DNA from: Psilocybe cubensis | Taxonomy: Eukaryota | Length of the DNA stretch: 64,000 nucleotides | Reading direction: 5' to 3' | Assembly: GCA_017499595.2 (NCBI GenBank) | Contig: CM039003.1 | Span: 2,480,001-2,544,000 of the forward strand | In this document: positions 59,924 to 64,000 of the stretch, in pieces | How the letters are laid out: every line of letters begins with the position of its first letter | Numbering within the stretch: the first letter of the stretch is position 1 | The notes under the pieces: generated by a model | The model's input: only the letters and a program-made list of their open reading frames with translations | The model's database searches: none | What the model was told of the DNA's origin: nothing | Made by a program: the position numbers and the translations under genes

Positions 59924-62756
59924 TCATCGCCCACTCTCGAACATCCGTCTCCTCTCGCCTACGCTAAGCCTCGGTTCTTCCTCATCCTGAGGTTGCTCCA
60001 CTTTCACTGTCGGTACAGGTGTAGACGTGGTATTATCCTGAACAAGCGTTGTCGTTGTCGAAGTGCTGATAGAACCAGGTCGAGGCGGAACAGGGGGCGC
60101 CCCCGCAGGGGGCGTGAAGAATCCCTCTGCAATGACTCCATGGGCTTCCACTGCTGCACCTGACCCCTTCCTCGTCGTTCCCCGTCCAACCGAGATAGAG
60201 CCCTTGCGCAGAGTCCCAGTACCCAAGGCACCCTCTCCGATCTCGCCAACGCTCACGACAGACCTCGCCTTGCTATTATGTCCTCCGCGAACGGTCCCTG
60301 ACCAGCCAGCAGAAGGCGAAGATGACGAAGGTCCATCACCACTCGCATTCCCGTTAAATAGCGACTGCGTAGCGATGACCCTGCTCCCACCACCGCCGTT
60401 TGACTGCCGACTTCTCTTCCTCCTGGACGCGCCGTTCTGAGAATTAGGAGGCACGTATGTCGTCGATTGGTGTGTCCATGGCCCGCGACCAACAGGCTGT
60501 TGCTGTGACGCAGCGTTGTTCTCATCGTCATAGCTATAATCGTCCTCGTCCGCATCACCAAGAACGTACATCGGCTCGCGCGGGCTTCCCGATCCTTCGC
60601 TGTTGCCCTCGTATATCTGAGAGGTGCGTAATGTACGCCATGGAGCGACTGCCTCGCTTCGGTCAATGACCTCGTCAAAGATCTCATAGTAGCGTCGTAT
60701 GCATAGGTCGATAACGGCGCCGAGTGTGCACTTCCCATCAGCCAGGTCTGGGCTTGGATCGGCATTCATGAGTTGGACGTTGACACTGCTGGTAGATCCC
60801 CCGCGTCCTGGGGTGGGAACGTTGCACATCAACACGTCACGCATGGGGTTGGAGCTCTTGACGAGGTTGGGTGTTATCACGATAGCGAGATTGGAGGATC
60901 CCATTTTGTTGTATTCGCTCCTCAGAGAAACGTCGTGAAGAATGTCTATATGTAATTGTCAGAGGTGAAACAACGCAGAGAAAATATGAAGAAACCTACG
61001 CATCACTTGTGAAAACAGGATATATGCGCATGGAACTAGCTCTGGTAACACCGACTCCCGGACATATCTCACAGCGGCCATTTCTGCAGCGTCGTATTCG
61101 GATGATCCGGAGGGCAGAGGACACCGTCTGACTACCCCATAGGTACTTTCAGGGAATATCGGCTCAGGAAGATCCCTAAGATATTTCTTCAACAAAACCG
61201 CGGCGAGATGCGGGTCAGCGAATGCCTCTAAAGAAACGACATTTCCACGATCATAAGCGTCCTGCGCCGCTCGAAGAAGTGAAGAAGATGGCGAACGCCG
61301 AAACAGGCCTTCCTCTTGCATGCCTATTATTATGAACACAGGAAGGTTACGTTATGTCATTTGGAGATAACATTAATTAACAGTAAGCGTACCTGATTGA
61401 CGCAAATAATGGATTGCGTCTTTGACGACTCTAGGTATACCACCCTTTTCACCATCATAACCCATGAGATCTTCAAGGGGTACCCCAAAGACATTTGATC
61501 GACTTGGTACAGGCATCGTTATTTTACGTTCATATTTGAGGTTCTCTCTGAAGAAGTGTCAAGTGTGTGTAAGATAGAGTACTCTATAAAGGTGGAGTGA
61601 TCTATGACGTACTGGTATACAGCTGGTGGGATATCGATTTGGGTGAGAGGTACATGGCGAGCGAGCTCAGAAAGTGTAGAGGTATATATCAGTTTTCTGA
61701 AGAACTTGGGACTAAAATCATCATCAGGATTTCGATTCACGAGTCAACAAGAAGACCAAACTTCATACCTGATAATTGCCCCCGCAAGGGAGAATAGCAC
61801 TATAAAGAAAACTGTGAATACAAAATTAGTAGACAGTACTAAAGACATGTACTTTTGGAGAAGAAAGATGAGTGCACGATGTACTAAGAAGAGGAGGTAA
61901 ATAATCATGGATGGCAAAATAAGCGCATAATCAAAGTACCAGTTGCTTAAGGTTCTTCCTGTACTTTCGGCTCAAACTGCGATACGCTTTCCAAACCCAG
62001 TTCCAACTTGGGGCATGCTTTGACCCGGCGGCAAAGAATACGACTGTGTAATCAGCTTCCACTTGATTTCATGGATGATCGATGGTGATTGAGAGCAGGA
62101 AAGTAGAAAAGAAGAACAGTTCAGTCAGACTTATATCACGAACAATTGAACAAATCTTACCGTATAAGTCTAGATAGGACAATATGCGCCTAAAGAGGTG
62201 AATACAATTAGAGGTTAGAGTGGGCCTTATCAAGCGAGGCTGAATGCGTACGAAAGGAGTAGGTCGTATGACACAACTTGTGGATCTGGCAAAGCTGAGG
62301 CGTTGAGGACAACCCTATAAGATATCCTCAGGTTCAGCACTGTGCTCGTCGTTTGTTGATTTGGAATAGACTGCTCCTACATTGGTCTTGTCCTGGCAAA
62401 AATGTCTCAGCACCGTGAATCCCACCGATATCGCTTAAAAGGGACTGGACGCACTCGAAATCGACCCCTGCTTGGAATATCATCTTCGCCAACACTTCCT
62501 GGACCATTCTCTTTTCCTCATCACCGTGAGAGTATCCTTCACGATACGTCGGTGTACCCCCCTGAGACTTCTTCATCCAGTTCGGAGTGACGTTGTTAAT
62601 GAACATCTTCCGTTTCGTGTTTGGACTTGTGGGTGAACGCAAGTAGTCAAAAGCATCTCCATTCTTCGACTGATTAAAACCGGGAGACGATGGGGAAGAT
62701 GGAGCAAGCGAAAGTGCCGCGAGACGTTGTTTCAGATTGAAGGAAGCAGGAGGCAT
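59924..62756 (-). CDS. Sec14/BCH (CRAL-TRIO-like) domain RhoGAP of the Ecm25/ARHGAP1 type; multi-exon with a 12-nt microexon at 62381-62392
   Basis: IFQAGVDFE|TRPM|VVLNA..LPDP..VSYD.LL, W.W..KAY..LSRKYRKNLK.L, SPKFFRKL. GAP motifs VFGVPL, IPRVV, EEGLFRRSP (arginine finger), LLKKYLRDLPEP, NKMGSSNLAIV..PNL. Confidence 0.92.
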
Positions 62757-63443
62757 TATCGAGTGTTAGTATAGCCTACAGGAGGCGTCGGAGTCGTCTG
62801 GCAGTTTTGTGGTTATTGTTGCGGGACAGCTTATTCGCAAGCCCACCGTCGTATGTTGGCTTTGCTGGCCGTCTGAGCGTGTGGTTTTCCAAGGTCGTAA
62901 ATATCTTTCAATTCTGTGTGTCGCCGGGTATCCACATGGCTTGGGGCTTTTGCGGTGGATTTACAGATCACGTGTAGTAGTTCAAGAAATGAAAGTCGTG
63001 AACTCGACAGTCCGATTCTTGTTTCCGTACCACATCAGCGATGCAACCAATAATCTACGTTGTGAGGAGAGAGAACAAGGGGTTGCCATACGCAACAGCT
63101 CACCTACGGTCTTATTGCATAACGTGCAGCTTGCAAGCTGCCGCTCGTCGCGGGCAGCGATCAGGAACCAACCTGACGTTCCTGTCAAAAAACTCAAAAG
63201 CCTCTTTAAACGGCTTAGCTCGGTTCGTGAACAGGAACTTGGCAACAATACTCTGATTCTTTAAGCTCGCAGCTGTATAGGATATACAAGAATTTTACTC
63301 TGTGTGAGTCCTTGCTTACTTGCTGATATATCCATACCTCAACATATGCTTCAATAAATCAGGGTTGCCTACACTTTCTGAAAATGGATATTTATTCAAA
63401 TCTCTACGTCAATAGGTGGTGCTGTCCGTTGATTCTTTGCTGT

Positions 63444-64000
63444 CTACGATGCATCCGATATCATCGTAGACTCTGGTGAATTTGCGACTGCAAATTGAAG
63501 TGGGATGTCGCGATTTATCACGTCCTCCGCATTCTGCACCCTAAACTCTAGCGTTGGATTATGGTGCACTCTCCCATGAGAGATTCTAAACAGAATCAAA
63601 AACGGGGAAATGGTCTAGGCAGCAACATATTCACTTAGACGAGTTCCCTTTTATCAATCAAAAAGATTTTGCTCACGTATATCTGGGCCATCATCTGCAG
63701 GAGGATGAGGGCGGCATTCTCTTGAGCTTTGACCAGTACCAGCACAATCAAAACCAAATTGAATCCAACCACCAGCGCAGCGGATTCAATGCACATGGTT
63801 ATGATGCGCATATATCTCGATCCATGCTCTCGTCCCAATGCATCTTGGATGAACTGTCGATGATAGAGGAGGCGGCCCACAATTAGGCCAGTGATCGCAA
63901 CGTTAATGGCAAGTGTAATGCAGGCAAACATTGTCAAGGAGAGATCCGTTCTAGTAAATGGGAAAGTGTAGACTAGTCCAACAGCTGTGGTTCAAATTAT
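63444..64000 (-). CDS. 3' end of a multi-pass membrane protein (agaricomycete 7TM-like family); 5' part outside the window
   Basis: Hydrophobic helices LAINVAITGLIVGRL, MCIESAAL, QIY|TISPFLILFRISHG; intron 63615-63676; stop at 63444. Confidence 0.75.

Noticed and set aside
1-64000. Transposons, CRISPR arrays, rRNA or a secondary-metabolite core gene
   Set aside because: No transposase/RT/integrase motifs, terminal repeats, spaced direct-repeat array, rRNA-like sequence or PKS/NRPS/terpene synthase motifs were seen by eye.

Overview
Intron-rich eukaryotic DNA, most likely from an agaricomycete (mushroom-forming basidiomycete): typical introns are 50-60 bp GT-AG with CTRAC/CTAAC-like branch points, and lineage-typical BTB, F-box-like and DUF6699-like families are present. 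I reconstructed 24 spliced genes by hand. Recognisable ones are a sulfite oxidase-family enzyme, mitochondrial ribosomal S7, a type-B carboxylesterase, a GH37 trehalase, SNU71/RBM25, CCDC25, a double-RING protein, NOP56, an A1 aspartic protease and a Sec14/BCH-RhoGAP. The most notable content is largely hidden from the ORF track by introns. (1) A tandem trio of 92-98 aa secreted six-cysteine proteins at 31.0-33.4 kb whose Cys spacing I cannot assign to a named family; two of them share a 17-bp promoter element. (2) A tandem trio of 142-145 aa secreted proteins at 10.8-14.0 kb resembling NIS1-type effectors, bracketed by two paralogous BTB genes. (3) A 7-exon coiled-coil gene with weak SYCP3-like character. 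(4) A microsatellite- and G-tract-dense island at about 20-31 kb. No tRNA, rRNA, CRISPR array or recognisable transposon was found. All gene models are manual and family calls come from motif recognition, not database searches.
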